Shown: positions 27,432-41,352, counted from the stretch's first letter. The stretch: 64,000 nt of DNA from Chiloscyllium plagiosum (GCF_004010195.1 NC_057718.1:44423341-44487340); one strand, 5' to 3'. Notes: generated from the letters alone by a model not told the origin. Numbers and translations: made by a program.

Positions 27432-30215
27432 CTATAGGATGGAAGACATACATATTTCAGTAACAATGAAAGGCATGTATTTTAAACATTTCATGTGACA
27501 CTGATTGCTCATGCTAGCAAATCTACTGCACATACCATATTGTCATCATAAAAGCAAGGCGTTGCTTTAGCTTAAAAGCTCTGGAAGATATCGTGGTTCC
27601 CTCGAAGATAAACAGCAACAAGAATCAAACTTACAAAAAAAGTCACTCCTGTTTGACAGATAGGTGACTCCAACACTTGCTTCTTCATTAGCCATTGAAG
27701 AAGCAAAGACATACGTGCTTCCACTTTGAGCACAATCAGCAATCCAGACACAACATGCACCAAAGATTTCCGGTTTAGAGAAGCTTTTTCTTTTTTCTGG
27801 TTTCCAGACAAACCCATTTCTTTGGGTAGCCCCAAATGCAGACTCTGCCATAGCTCACCACAATCAGGCTGTGTTGAAAACGTAGGGCAGAATCTCACAG
27901 CTCCCCACTTCCACCCCCCAGACAAACCAGCAAGTTCACACATGGTGCTGCCAATATAACTCCCTGACAAAACTGCCTGATCTCTCACCCCTGTCCTGTC
28001 CACAATTTTACAGATGTGGGGTGCCTGGTGACTTCAATTTGAGGCTGAAGGGAGGAGTTCATAGGTTGGGTGGTGGGAAACTCAGCAGGTCACACTGCTC
28101 AAATTTGTGCAAGAAGCGGAAAATGCCTACCTCAACAGTTCCCTTTCCACATCAAGTACCCCCTCAATTACTATTGATCTACCTTTCCTCAGCGTCTCCA
28201 TCAAGAACACCCACACACACCTTGCTCCCCACCCAGAACTTACTAGTTTCTTAGGTCTAGGACTTAAACTTAGTGTTTATCTGTGGTCCCAGGCCCATAC
28301 CCTGTTGCAGTTACAGCTGCTGAAACTACAGTGCTGTACAGCAGGAAGGCCAGCAGCTCTTGAAGATGGGACTTCTGCCCCACCATCTGAATACCTTACC
28401 CGTAATGTTTTTGAAAATAAATTGTTCTATACATGTCAAAAAGTTTGAAGTGGCAACTTGCTACAGTTTCATTGCAACTAAAATGTGATCATCACACACA
28501 AAAAAAAGCATTTTTAATCAGTTATTTCAGTGTTCCTAATTTTTAATTAAGGAAAATTAGTTTAGAAAATGATATTGGGGCAGTTTAGTCAGTTTTAATT
28601 TGAAATAAAATTCAAAAACTTTTTAAATATGTTTTAGTGGTGTCCTTGCAACCAAAAAGAAGCAATTAAACTTTTAAAACCTTCTTGAAAGCTTGGAAAT
28701 CAATGCAATAGCAGATCTTAGACATGCTTCTATTGTGATGTGTTCTGAACTAACAACAGTGCAAACAAAACTCATTTGCAATTTAGGTAGTTTATGCTTT
28801 AAATTTCACAAAGTTTTGCAAGTTATGTCAACCTCAATTGAGTCGCATCAAACGCTACAAATGTGATGTTTTGTAAGATAATTATGTTCTCAACTGTCTC
28901 TTAATTCAATCTATAATGAAGCATGCAACCTCCTAATAGCTCAGGTTGGTGGTAAGCTGATGTGACTTTAGTCCCATTGGACTAGCCCAGGTTAAGTTCA
29001 CTTGAAGCCCAAGTGCCAGATTTAAAACTTGAACATGGAGACAGAAGCAGTTGGGCTTTTCTCTGCATACTTACAGATTCAAGAGCCCCGGATACAGAGA
29101 TGCATATCCAAGCAAACAAGAAAGCAGTTGCTGTTGTTGTCATCAACAGGGATAAAGAACGCTCACCAGATTGACAGAAGTAATTTTCAACAGACTCTGG
29201 ATCCTGAGGCTCAGCAAAACCACTGGTTCCTTTAAAGACTACAAGACTACTGCTAGTGCAGTGTATTGTATAAATGCGGGATTACTGTTCATATTCAGAA
29301 ACTAATTAAGGAACATCTGCTTTGCAGCTTAGAGTATTTGTTGCCAAATAACTAATGTTTAGTTCATGTTGATTTTAGTTTGTTTATAGCAGCAGAAAGA
29401 GCACAACTTGAAATTCTGATATAGAATTGCTTTAAATTAATCTCTTGGAATTCAAAGCTACATCAAAGAAGTCAGTCAATCTCTCTATGACTGCAGCACA
29501 GAAAAACTGTAGTGAAGTAGGAACTCTAAAGAACTTCTATTTATGTTTCTACTTACAGGTGACTGAATAGATACTTGATCAACAAGGGAATTAAAGAGTT
29601 TGGAGGTGGGCAGGAAAGTATCATAATGATAGGATGGGACATCCTGGTATATGGGCAATCAGGCAATGGGACCCTGTGTGAGAACCTCTCTGGCTAAATT
29701 GAAATAATCTTGAAACCCATTGTAGAGGGGATCCCTAACTTCTGTCGCGACACTTGCAGATTTCTTACAGAAACTCAGCACCCATGGACCAAATGGAAAC
29801 ATCCCTCGTCACAATGGATGTTTCAGCACTCTACACCAGCATCCCCCACAATGACGGCATCGCGGCAACAGCCTCAGTACTCAACACCAACAACTGCCAA
29901 TCTCCAAACACCGTCCTACAACTCATCCGCTTTATCCTCGATCACAACATCTTCACCTTTGACAATCAGTTGTTCATCCAGACACATGAAACAGCCATGG
30001 GGACCAAACTTGGATCCCAATATGCCAACATTTTCACGCACAGGTTCGAACAAGACTTCTTCTTGACGCAGGACCTCCAACCAACCTTATACACTAGGTA
30101 TATTGACGACATTTTGTTCCTCTGGACCCATGGCGAGGAGTCACTGATAAAACTACACAGTGATATCAACAAGTTTCATCCCACCAAACTCACCACGGAC
30201 TACTCTCTACTATCT

Positions 30216-30470
30216 TTAGGACAGAGGTGAAGAGAAACTTCTTCACCCAGACAGTGGTGGCTGTGTGGAATGCTCTGCCCCAGAGGGCAGTGGAGGCCCA
30301 GTCTCTGGATTCATTTAAGAAAGAGTTGGATAGAGCTCTCAAGGATAGTGGAATCAAGAGTTATGGAGATAAGGCAGGAACAGGATATTGATTAAGGATG
30401 ATCAGCCATGATCATATTGAATGGTGATGCAGGCTCGAAGGGCAGAATGGCCTACTCCTGAACCAATTGT
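30216..30470 (+). mobile_element. CR1/HER1-type LINE 3' end nested in the Penelope RT
   Basis: CR1 C-terminus (NFFTQTVVAVWNALP) and 3'UTR; flanked by ctatct at 30210-30215 and 30471-30476; removing it restores DYSLLSVSFLDT. Confidence 0.88.
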
Positions 30471-31831
30471 CTATCTGTCTCGTTCTTGGACACATGCATC
30501 TCCATCAAGGATGGACACCTCAGCACCACAGTCTACAACAAACCCACAGACAACCTCACAATGCTACACTTCGCCAGCTTCCACCCAAAACATATTAAAA
30601 CAGCCATCCCCTATGGACAAGCCCTACGCATACACCTGATCTGTTCAGATGAGGAGGAACGCGATGGGCACTTGGAAGTACTCAAGGATGTCCTCATAAG
30701 AACGGGGTACGACGCTCAACTCATCAACCACCAGTTCAGACGTGCCACAGCGAGGAATCGTAATGACCTCATCAGGAGACAGACATGAGCTGCAACCAAC
30801 AGGGTACTCTTCATTGTCCAGTATTTCCCAAGAGCCGAAAAACTATGCCATGTTCTTCGCGGCCTGCAACACATGATCAATGAGGATGAGCACCTCACCA
30901 AGACCTTCCCCACATTCCCACTGCTTGGCTTTAAACAACCACCAAACCTCAAACAGATCATTGTTCGTAGCAAACTGCCCAGCTTTTACGACAACTCCAT
31001 ACAACCCTGTCATGGTAAGCTCTGCAAGATGTGTCAGAGTGTGGCCATAAATACAACCATTACGCATGGGGACACCTCCCACCATGTACATGGTAGGTAC
31101 TCATGCGACTCAGCCAATGTTGTCTATCTCATACACTGCAGGCACGAATGCCCTGAGACATGGTACATTGGTGAAACCGAGCAAAGGCTATGCCAACGGA
31201 TGAATGGGCACCGCACAACAATCAACAGACAGGAGCGTTCCCTCACAGCTGGAGAACATTTCAGCTGTCCAGGATATTCGACCTCGGACCTTCGGGTGAC
31301 CATCCTTCAAGGTGGACTTCGGGACAGGCAGCAGCGAAAAGTGGCTGAGCAGAGGCTGATAGCTAAGTTCGGTACCCATAGGGAGGGCCTCAACCGGGAT
31401 CTTGGGTTCACGTCACATTACAGGTGACCACCATTGCACTATACACCACACACACACATACATTTGTGGGGTGAATTGGTACTTGCAGAGTTACATTGTA
31501 CTTTGCTCAAAAACTGCATGAATTCATGCAAGATTCTGTTAACTCACTTTTTAGATTAGAATCAGTCTAAACATTATGGCACAGACAACAGCACACAGGG
31601 AGTGAACACCTTCAATATATTGTCTGAGCTGACACCAATTGTTAAAGTTGACCTGATAATGTGTTGACCTGAGTTTTGTGATTTACATATGAAAGTGAAA
31701 CTATCATGGTTATTCTAACAGATGAGAAACTTAACAAACAATCAAGGTATTTTTCAATGTAAAATTTCAGTTACACCACACAGTAAACTTTTGCTATAAA
31801 TTCTGTGTCTTACAATTGTGTCCTCCACAAC

Positions 31832-31866
31832 CACCTGATGAAGGAGCGGCGCTCCGAAAGCTAGTG
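31832..31866 (+). ncRNA. Minimal type I hammerhead ribozyme motif in Penelope 3' tail
   Basis: CAC-CUGAUGA-A-GGAGC-ggc-GCUCC-GAA-AGCU-A-GUG: helix I CAC/GUG, helix II 5 bp, palindromic AGCU helix III. Confidence 0.75.
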
Positions 31867-31919
31867 CTTCCAATTAAACCTACTGGACTATAACCAGGTG
31901 TTGTGAGATTTTTAAAATC

Positions 31920-32820
31920 ATTAATTGAAGATTTGTAAACAACAACATGAATTTTAAAATCACAGCATTGTTTAATTGGAGCTTAACAGACACAGGGGTT
32001 ATGGCTAAATAGGGTTGCATAGGTTAAAATGTAAACCCCAGAGTTTTGAATGATCTCAAGTTTGCAGAAAGTAGAACATGAGGCAACCAGGAACAGGTTG
32101 GAATGATCAAAAACAGAAACAACAATGTTATGGACATTGTTTCAGCAGGTGAGCTGAGACAGGGATGAAGTGGTCAAAGAGATGAGGGATAGAGTTAGTG
32201 AGATGGGGAAGAAATTTGGTGTAGGGATTAAAAATACTGATTCAATCTTCCCAATATTTGTTTGGAGAAAATTTCTACTTGCCCGGTTCTGAATGTCCGA
32301 CGAGCAACCTGACAACTTAGATATCGTGCATGGATGCTAGAGATACACAAGTTACATCAATGCCCGTGGGAAACTGATGTTATGTTGTCAGATGGTACAT
32401 CGAGGCACAATATGTAGAAAAGAAACATGAGGGAGGCTGAAGGACAGAGGCAAGAATCCCTGCTCAGCTGCATCAAAGAGGAAAGAGCATCAAGAGTCCG
32501 AGGGGGTCAATCATGTCAAAAGCTGCAGAGAGATCAAGAACTACGAGAGATAGTTTTCCTTTGGTCACAGTCACACAGAAAGTTATGATGATGAGAATTG
32601 TTTCTGTACTGTGGCTGGGGCTTGATGGGAGAAAGTCAAGTGTGAAGTTAGGAATAATGGGTAATGGGTTTGAGAAGTGACAATACACTCAAGAACTTTG
32701 GAAAAGAAACGGAGGTCAAACATTTTAAAAGTTGAGGGATCAAGTCTTGCTTTTCTTTTGAGGGAAGGGCTTATGTTGGCAGATTTGAAGAGAGGGACCA
32801 GGAAGGGAAGTTGAAAGAAC
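31920..32820 (-). mobile_element. L2-type LINE RT fragment
   Basis: HSTETIL...LSLVVLDLSAAFDMID. Confidence 0.7.
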
Positions 32821-33143
32821 AAACTCCAAGAGCTTCACATGACAACTGCAAACAGAATGAAATGTCAACTTGCAACAACTGCATCAGAAAAAGACTGTGC
32901 ATGTGAACGGACTCATTTTGCACTAATCTACATCTCAGGTCTATCAGTCACTGACTGCTCAAGGTATAAGAGCTTGTAAATACAAGCTAGCAGTTAAATA
33001 TTAATTCCTATATCCAGCAGTCCATAAAGAAAGTTATTGTACTCCAGAAACACCAGGCAGAAATAGACATCATTTAGCCACTGGAGAATCTAATTTCACA
33101 CTGTCGGAAATCATTAAGTTTCAACAGTGTACAGACGATTCAA

Positions 33144-33291
33144 GTTAAAAATCACAACATGAAATTATAGTCCAACAGGTTTATTTGGAAGCACTAGCTT
33201 CCAAATAAACCTTTTGGTCCCTAACCTGGTGTTGCGATTTTTAAAAAAAAACTTTGTCCACCCCAGTCCAACACCTGCTCCTCCATATCAA
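33144..33291. mobile_element. Palindromic Penelope-tail element lacking the hammerhead core
   Basis: aggtttatttggaagc/gcttccaaataaacct fold-back; TSD-like acgattcaa/acaattcaa. Confidence 0.75.
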
Positions 33292-34510
33292 ACAATTCAA
33301 AACATTCTATGTAAACTGGTCAGTGTCAATGAGAAATTACACATCAAGCATCACAACCAATAAACGTAGAAACTGCTACAAAAATCCATTGGGTTTTTTT
33401 TGTTACAAATACACCCTCTAATATTTGAAAGCTGGAATGGACTGAATTGCTACTTAATTGACCTAACTGGACTGAGGGGGCCAGAATTCCACATGGAATC
33501 CAGAAGATAGAAGCCCCTACACACCAGAATTCTTTACTTGAATGTCACCACTGACCAATTCCTCACCCTGAAGACAAAAATGATTGACAGGTCTGACCTC
33601 CAGTATTTTTGGGGTTGGGGATGGGGCAGAGGTAAAGGAAGAAAGCAAGGAAACAAACAAGCAAGCAAGGCAGGAGAGAGGTGGAGAGACAAAAGGAGAG
33701 TTGGACTTTGCTGGGACTTCAACAACCATGACAAAGTGAGGCACTGAACTTGTTCGAAGAGGCTCGACTTGTAAAAGAGGGCACTACAACACACTGACAT
33801 AATACTGACTTCATGAACTGTAAAGGCAAGTACATAATGAAAATCTGGATTATTTGAATAAGTTGTTGATTGGAGAGCCTCCTCAGGAAGGCTGAATCAG
33901 GAGTTAGGTATCCGCCTTTTGTATGCACCAAGTTTGCACCTTGGTGAAACTGCTGAGTTTCCCAAGGTTCAGGTAACTGAAACAGCCAGAATTAAAATTG
34001 AAATAGTGAATGACAATGAAACACACAATCGCTAACATATTTAAACTTCTACCCTATCTCTTTGTAGAAAATTGGCAGCATTCCCACCTTCCTGCTTCAA
34101 TTACATTGGAAATAGACAGGCTGTTTTTTAAAAATGCATAACTTTGCCTGTAGTCTTATTTCACTTTGTTACATTTAAATACTAATGCAATAATCAAACA
34201 TAGTTATACAGAGATGTTATACAATGACAAAGATGGCATTTTGCTGTAATGAATTGTGTTGTTGTAGTGTAAGCTCATTCACTAGTTCAAAACTTCTGTG
34301 TCTGTCTTTAGAACTTACAGAATATTAAAGGGATCCTGAGCACAGCACAATCGTCAAAAACTTAGTACAAAACCCAATATGCAATATATTTTCAACAAGC
34401 CTGGCTTCAGCTGTCTATTGTACTAATTTAGAAAATCTATGTATTTGCTCAATTCATTTAGAAGACCAGAAGATAAGGCTAACTGATTTGAAGTTTCAAT
34501 CTTAAGGCAC

Positions 34511-34514
<4 letters not shown>

Positions 34515-34547
<33 letters not shown>
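34515..34547. repeat. (CA)n microsatellite
   Basis: About 16 uninterrupted AC units. Confidence 0.95.
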
Positions 34548-34548
<1 letters not shown>

Positions 34549-35479
34549 CGAGGGAATCACAGAGGATGCTAGTAGAGAATAAAGAAATTGGATTTTTTTT
34601 TTCTTAGATTATATGCCCTAGAGTGTGGAAACAGGCCCTTTAGCATAACCAGTCCACACCAACCCTCTGAAGAGCACCCCACCCTTCTTTGAAGCAAAGA
34701 GCCCAATACAGATACAGCATTCAAAATTATAAATAACTTTAATAGGCCAGGTAGGGCAAAATTGTTTGTAAATAATGTTCGATTTAAAATAACCAACAAA
34801 AAAACTTGAGGGAGAGAAGGGGAGAACGTTTTTAATAGGGAGTTGTTTAGAATTGCTGCATATTACTTTATAAAGTGAATTAGATTCCATAGGAAGTGGT
34901 TGTGACAATCTAGGGGTGAGATACAAAATTGCAGAATTCTTTGAAACTCAGCAGCATAACAGGCAGAATATTATTGCACTGGTAGAATAATTCAGTAATG
35001 CAAGAAGTTGGGTTTTAATTCCACAAGGTGAAATTGAAATGCTCATTTTTGTCACCAGATGGCAGTACATCACTGTAAAGGATCCCTGTTGCAATAACGA
35101 TTTTGCATTACAGGAAAGCTTCCTTTTACGCAGCCCAACATCTTTCAGGAATGGTGTGGGACAAGGATTGTAACTTACACAAGTAGAGGTAACTGCATAA
35201 ACAAAAAGCACATGTGAAAAAAAAATGTTTACTCACGTGTTTTTCAATGTAAAAATCAAAACCAGGATATTATTGCCTCAAGGGCTGAAGCACATGCAAC
35301 TTCTGTGGAACATACACATGCAACTGTCAACTATTTGTGAGCCACAAGTTTAACGCTACTAGCTTATGCAGTATTGACAAAAGATGAGAAATGGCATGAT
35401 ACTGCATCTGCATTTGCTCTTTATGCAATTCAAGGGGAAAATAACAGCCAACATCCACTATTGGAATACTTTTTCTAAA

Positions 35480-36357
35480 TGTTTGAGCATGGCTTGATGG
35501 TGGGTGACAGAGGGTGGTAGTAAAGGGTTGTTGTTTGGCCTGTGAACAGGCTGCAAGGATCAGTGCTAGGTCCACTGTTATTTGTCATCCACATAAACAA
35601 TTTGGATGAGAACACAGGAGGCATGGTTAGTATGTTTTGCAGATGACACTAAAATTGGTAGTATAATGGACAGTGAAGGTTACCTAAGCATATGAAGAGA
35701 TCTTCATCAGCTAGGCTACTGAGCTAAGGAGTGACCAATGGAGTTTAATTTACAAAATGTGAAGTATTGCATTCTGGTAAAATGAACAAGAGAAGGACAT
35801 GTACAGTTAATGGTAGGGCCCGAGATAGAGTTGTCAAACAGAGAGACCCAGGTTCAAGTACATAGTTTTTCAGAAGTTGCAATACAGGTAGACTGGGTGG
35901 TTACGGCAGTATTTGTCATGCTTGCCTTCATTGTTCAAACCACTGAATATAGGAGTTGAGACATCATGTTGAGGGTGTACAAGATGTTGCTGAGGCCACT
36001 TTTGGAGTACTGTGTTCAGTGCTGGTCGCCCTGCTATAGGAAGGATATTATTAAATTGGAGAGAGCTCAAAAAAGATTTACCAGGATGTCACAGGAATTG
36101 GAGAGCTTGCATTGTAAGAATTGGCTAGGTAGGCTGGGTTTTTTTTTCATTGCAGTGTAGGAGGTTTAGGGGTGACGTTATACTTTATAAAATCATGAGG
36201 GACATAGATAAGGTGAATAGCCAAAGTATCTTCCCTATAAAGTCACCCCTCAGCCTCTGACGCTCCAGGGAAAACAGCCCCAGCCTATTCAACCTTTCCC
36301 TATAGCTTAAATCCTCCAACCCTGGCAACATCCTTGTAAATCTTTTCTGAACTCTTT
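35480..36357 (+). mobile_element. CR1 RT fragment (+, to about 36232) followed by an inverted CR1 piece (-, about 36233-36357)
   Basis: FADDTK, RPLLEYCVQCW; reverse piece RVQKRFTRMLPGLEDLSYRERLNRLGLFSLE. Confidence 0.85.
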
Positions 36358-36369
36358 TTGACATAAATA

Positions 36370-37390
36370 TTTGGACTCTCTCAGACTTTACTGCGCACAT
36401 TGTTTGACGGTCTCTAAAAGAGCTCAAACGTCTCATCCCAATCAACATGATTAGCTTTCTGTGGAGTGAAGAGATTCCTTCAAAAAGTGTGAATTCAGAG
36501 CGGTGTCAAAAAAATGTGGCAAATCCTGGAAATGGACTCCTAAACGATTTTTTGCCTTCCTACATCAAATTGTTCCATAACTTTCACATACTGGCCTGGA
36601 GAGGTTTATTTATTTGGACATCCAAGGACTGAATGACATTTGTAAGACCGCAAAGTATAACTGCAATGTTGACGTTTGCCAAGTGAGATTGAACAAGTCC
36701 CACGTGAAAAAACTTTTTCCTTTGTGTAACTCAAGTTTCAAATTCTTCATTTAATTAATTTCTTACTACTGCCTTCATCCACCTCAAATGTGGATAACAA
36801 TATCTTTCTGAAATTTCTCTTTGGAGAGAGCTTTGCACTTGAATATCACCATCGGTTTATTTTGTAACATCCATCATGCAGGATGGAGTCACTGCGAGCT
36901 GTGTCTTCTTGTGACCAGAAGCTTTAACGATGTTTTTTCCATCAATTTTGCTAACAGTCCCATGTGCCTATTTGCCAAAGTTCAACAGTATTTCACACAT
37001 TTATCAAATGTAAGACAATATGAATTCTTGTCTCAATACAAGATGACAAAACAGTGGAAATTGATGATTCTATCAACAATTTCAGGTGGCAGACACTGAT
37101 TTTTCCTTTGTTTTCTGAGTGCCAAATCATACCTTTTAATTAATCCCAAGCACAACCTAGCACTTGCCTTAAATTCAGAAGCAAGATGATATTTGAGTAC
37201 ACAAAGTTAAATGACCACTTTTATTCTCCAGTTTAAATTGAGCTGCCCACTTGTTAATCTTCCTGAAAGACATTACACTACATTGTGCAGTATATAGCCT
37301 TTGTCAATTAGCTGGGAGATTGCTGCTAAAATCAATGGAAGGAGCATCTAAAATGTAAGTGCATGCCCTTAAATTAATGAGCCACAGTAA
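36370..37390 (-). mobile_element. pogo-family (POGK-like, DDE_1) DNA transposon fossil
   Basis: Manual minus-strand translation: EFKASARLCLGLIKRYDLALRK, VKASGHKKTQLAV, PMVIFK, IAVILCGLTNVIQSLDVQINKP; stops and frameshifts present. Confidence 0.8.
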
Positions 37391-37614
37391 TTACTGATAA
37401 GTAATTCATAATCATGAGCACGAGCTACAATAATGTCTATTCACTTTGTTGCTATAGTGCATTGGTGGAGATTGGCTTGGTGGTTCCAGTTTTCAGGACA
37501 TAACCATCTTAATTTGCTCATGAGCAAATCAGGCTTTCAAGCTGTATCAGGAGCTAATGTGTTAGTTAATAACAGTAAGGACTGCCATCCCAGGAAAGTT
37601 CCAATACAGACATC

Positions 37615-37954
37615 CATAGAATCCCTACAATGTGGAGACAGGCTATTCAGCTGAACAATTGCACACCAACCCTCTGGAGACCATCCCACCCAACCCTATC
37701 ACCTTGCCGTGTAACTCTGCGTTTCTCATCACTAACGCACCTAACCTGCACATTAGGGGCAATTTAGCATGGCCAATCCACCTAATCTGCACATCTTTGA
37801 AACATGTCAGGAAACCAGAGCGCCCCGAGGAAACCCATGCAGACATGGGAGAATGTGCAAACTCTACACAAACAGTTGCCTGAAGACAGAATCAAACCTG
37901 GGTCCCTGGTTTGGTGAGACAGCAGTGCTAAATCACCACTGAATCACCTTGCCA
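37615..37954 (-). mobile_element. HE1-type V-SINE
   Basis: tRNA head, V-core and CR1-like tail in reverse orientation. Confidence 0.88.
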
Positions 37955-38722
37955 CGTGTGCAACACAACCATAGCTTTTTAAAATTTCAATACACTTATA
38001 AAATTACAAAACTTAATAACCTGCACATAATATAACAATCTTAATCACTTTAATATTTTTTAAAAAGTTTGGAAAGGGATTCTGGTTTTGCTGAAACATG
38101 AGGCTTGAGACTTCTGTAATGGGGCAGTACGTAAATGCAATACAGGAACAATAGGAAAATTCAACTGAACGCCATTTAGATGTGGAAATATTAGCAGCAG
38201 CCATGAAAAGGATTATATATTACCAATTCAGGAGATTCAGAAAGTGTATTGTGCAACAACAAAACCGCATGTAACATAACAATTCATGAGGTCTGCTGTA
38301 TAGTAAATACCAGCTGGAGAAATTACTGAGCAGAACAATAAGTTACATTGCTTTGTTTAAATTTCAAATGCCCCAGTGTAATTTGCTGAGTTAGCCTTGG
38401 GCACTGAACAGATCTTGGTGATCAGTTCCATAGCAGTGGTCAGATGCTTGGAAATAGAAATACTAGTGATAAACAGTTAAATGTTGGAACTTGTAAGGTT
38501 AATTTCAAGTTTTGGGAAAAAAAAACTTTAAGAAAAGCAAAAAACAGTAAAATGTCAATGACGATTTCTGTATTTGCAATTCTGCCAACTGAAGTAACTA
38601 AAATTTATTTCCCAGTTTAAAAAAAAGAGACATTATTTATATGGTACACCCCTTCAAAGGAATTAAAGAACATTCCACAACAACATTTTGCTTTAAAAAA
38701 ATCAAACAAAGTTTCAGCTTAC

Positions 38723-38768
38723 TGCTCCAGTTTCATCTCGTAGTGTTGAAATTCTCCCGCTCAGCAAG
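38723..38768 (-). CDS. KCTD3: KCTD3 exon 3 (SLLSGRISTLRDETGA)
   Basis: ttctag| acceptor, |gtaagc donor; 46 nt; in frame. Confidence 0.96.
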
Positions 38769-40817
38769 CTAGAACAGAAGTAGTTATTAATGAATTTAGA
38801 TGGAGGTCAATCCAATCTTGACAGAAAACTGCATCACAATTTTGAACAATATGTGCTAGTCTATCTAAAAAAAGAGACTTTGTAAAGGAGATTACAATTA
38901 AAGTTTGACGTATCTGGTATTTGCACTGTTTAACAAAAGCATTGGTTGAAAAGATCCAATTAGAATGGATACAAAATGTAACAAATGCTGGAAATTTGAA
39001 ATAAAACAGGAAATCATGGAACCACTAATGCTTTGGCAGCATCCATCTAGAAGGAGTTACATTAGGTTTACATTTAGGTCTACAATACTTTGCCAGAACC
39101 AAAAGACATTAGACAATCGGAGATGAGCTACTAATCTCGTGATCTGTGTGCTGGCACAAATAATATGTTTCCACCTCTGGAACACTGCTCAACTTAGGCC
39201 GATCTCAGCTCACCTGCTGCTGCTGAAACCCTCACCCTAATACTTAGGAACTTGACATTCTTTGTTGGGTGCACACATTCTATACAGCACGCACCCCCAA
39301 CACCCCCCCCCCCCCTAAAATTCTGCTCCCCAAGTGTTAAGTAACAGCAACTCGTGTTCCTTAATCAACACTGTGCCTTCTGACATACAATGGCTCCCAG
39401 TCAAACACCACCTTGGTTTAAAAACTCATCAGTTTGCAGATCCCTCTGTGGCACTGCTGCCACCAGCCACCGTCTCTCAATCAACCAACTTCCAGCTCCA
39501 GCAGCCTTAAAATCTTGGAAATTGCTTTGGAATTTGGCCTGTTGCACATCCCCAATTGTAATTCCTCCAACATTGCCAGCTACGCATTTACCTACCCTAG
39601 CCCTCTTAAAGCCTTCTCATTCCTTAATACCTTGAAATTTACCTACTTGGCCAAACCTCCTTATAACTCCACCTTGGAATTACCTGAACTGCTCTAATTC
39701 ATTACTCTTGTACATTTCTAATTGTACGTGCTCCACCATTGAAACCTCCTTTCCATGTGCCTGTCCAAATGATACTGTACACTGTCTCTGCTGAATGATG
39801 ATCATTGAGTCACTAAAGCCAAAACACTATCATATTGTATTAAATGTCGACATATCATGCTGGTTAAATGCTAGAGCTGAGTATCAATTGGAGAGTTACA
39901 GACCAACATTGATGATTTTAGACCTGCTGGCAAAATTAGAGATATATCTGTAATGTATACAGGGGCATTGGCTAGCTTAAAGAGAAAACATACAAATCTA
40001 CTAACCAGTTGTGAGATTTTTAATTTTGAACAAAAATGAGGAATGCCTGGCAACTAATCCAGCTCCTTGAATGCTGCCAGACCTGCCAAGTATTTCCAGC
40101 ATTGCGTATGAATGTCAGATTTCCAGCATCTGCAGTATTCTGCCTGTAAGCTGAGACAGTGTGCTGGTGTTTACTATTTCAACACTGCTCATCACATAGC
40201 TTTGAACAAAGGAAATACCGACAGATTTGTGGTCTCCATATCTCCAATCTAGATCATCTTATTCACAATTAATGAAAACAAAAATGCATGCGTGCTACAG
40301 TGAAATGATTTACGCAGAGGGGAACAAAAACAGCAAAGCTAATAGTGGTAGAAACAACATTCAAGATCTTTGTATAACACTATAAAAATCTGTGTGATAC
40401 CACTCCAAATTGGCCAATTATTTTCCTCAACTTCTTTTTATTAAATGCACTTTCTTACCCTGTTTGGTATTACAGGTTGTACCCTGGATGACAGCAGTGA
40501 CTATAGAGCTATTCAGAGAACACATAAGCAGAGGTGAAAGATCCTACTTCAAATGAACAACCAACGCTGTGGGCAGACATAGCTCTACAAAATGAAAATC
40601 TCAAACGTTATTAGCTCTTTTTACTTCTGGGAAGTTTCAAGAATTTCATTTTTAAATGATCAACAGCGAATGAAGTGTCCCAAACTGGAATAATTGTTGA
40701 TCCAATCCAACCTAAGGGAACTGAGGAAATGTTTCACTTCGTAGTTGTGGAATCAGTTTCAGTTTTGGGAAATGTAAATGGGTCCCAAGTGAAAACATTT
40801 TTTCTCTCTTTCCTAAA

Positions 40818-41133
40818 ATTAGATTAGACTCCCTACAGTGTAGAAACAGGCCCTTCCACCTAACAAGTCGACACCGACCCTCCGAAGAGTAACCTACCCA
40901 GACCCATTTCCCTCAAACTAATCCACCTAACATTATGGGCAATTTAGCATGGCTAATCCACCTAACCTGCACATGTTTGGGTCGTGGGACGAAACCAGAG
41001 CACCCAGGGGAAACCCACACTAACACAGGGAGAATGCACAAACTTCACACGGATAGCCGTTGAGGCTGGAATTGAACCTGGGTCCTTGGCGCTATGAGGC
41101 AGCAGTGCTAACCACTAAGCCACTGTGCCACCC
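40818..41133 (-). mobile_element. HE1-type V-SINE
   Basis: Full length; (TCTAA)n tail read as attagattag on + strand. Confidence 0.9.
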
Positions 41134-41352
41134 AAGTATCATTCCAGTTTCTCAAAAAAAACTTACCATATCAAACAGTTTAAATTTGAAACTTAACACT
41201 GCTAAAGCTGCTTTTCTATATCATTATTACATTTACACACTGCAGCTTAGTGTTTTATTTTAATTGAAGCATTTTTATCTGTGCTTTAAAAACTGTTATG
41301 TTACATTCTATACCTCAGATAGTAGAAATCATCTATTGAAACTCAATCTTAC

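Larger units (their letters stand above)
29635..31915 (+). mobile_element. 5'-truncated Penelope-like element (RT + GIY-YIG endonuclease), decayed, with 3' hammerhead-bearing tail
   Basis: RT motifs LVTMDVSALYTSIPH, TAMGT and RYIDD; GIY-YIG NVVYLIHC...WYIGET...RMNGH; ORF ends at 31427; internal stop at about 30786; interrupted by a CR1 3' end. Confidence 0.93.

Noticed and set aside
27567..28448. Several overlapping ORFs of 77-143 aa
   Set aside because: No recognisable motifs; intronic; consistent with chance ORFs or decayed repeats
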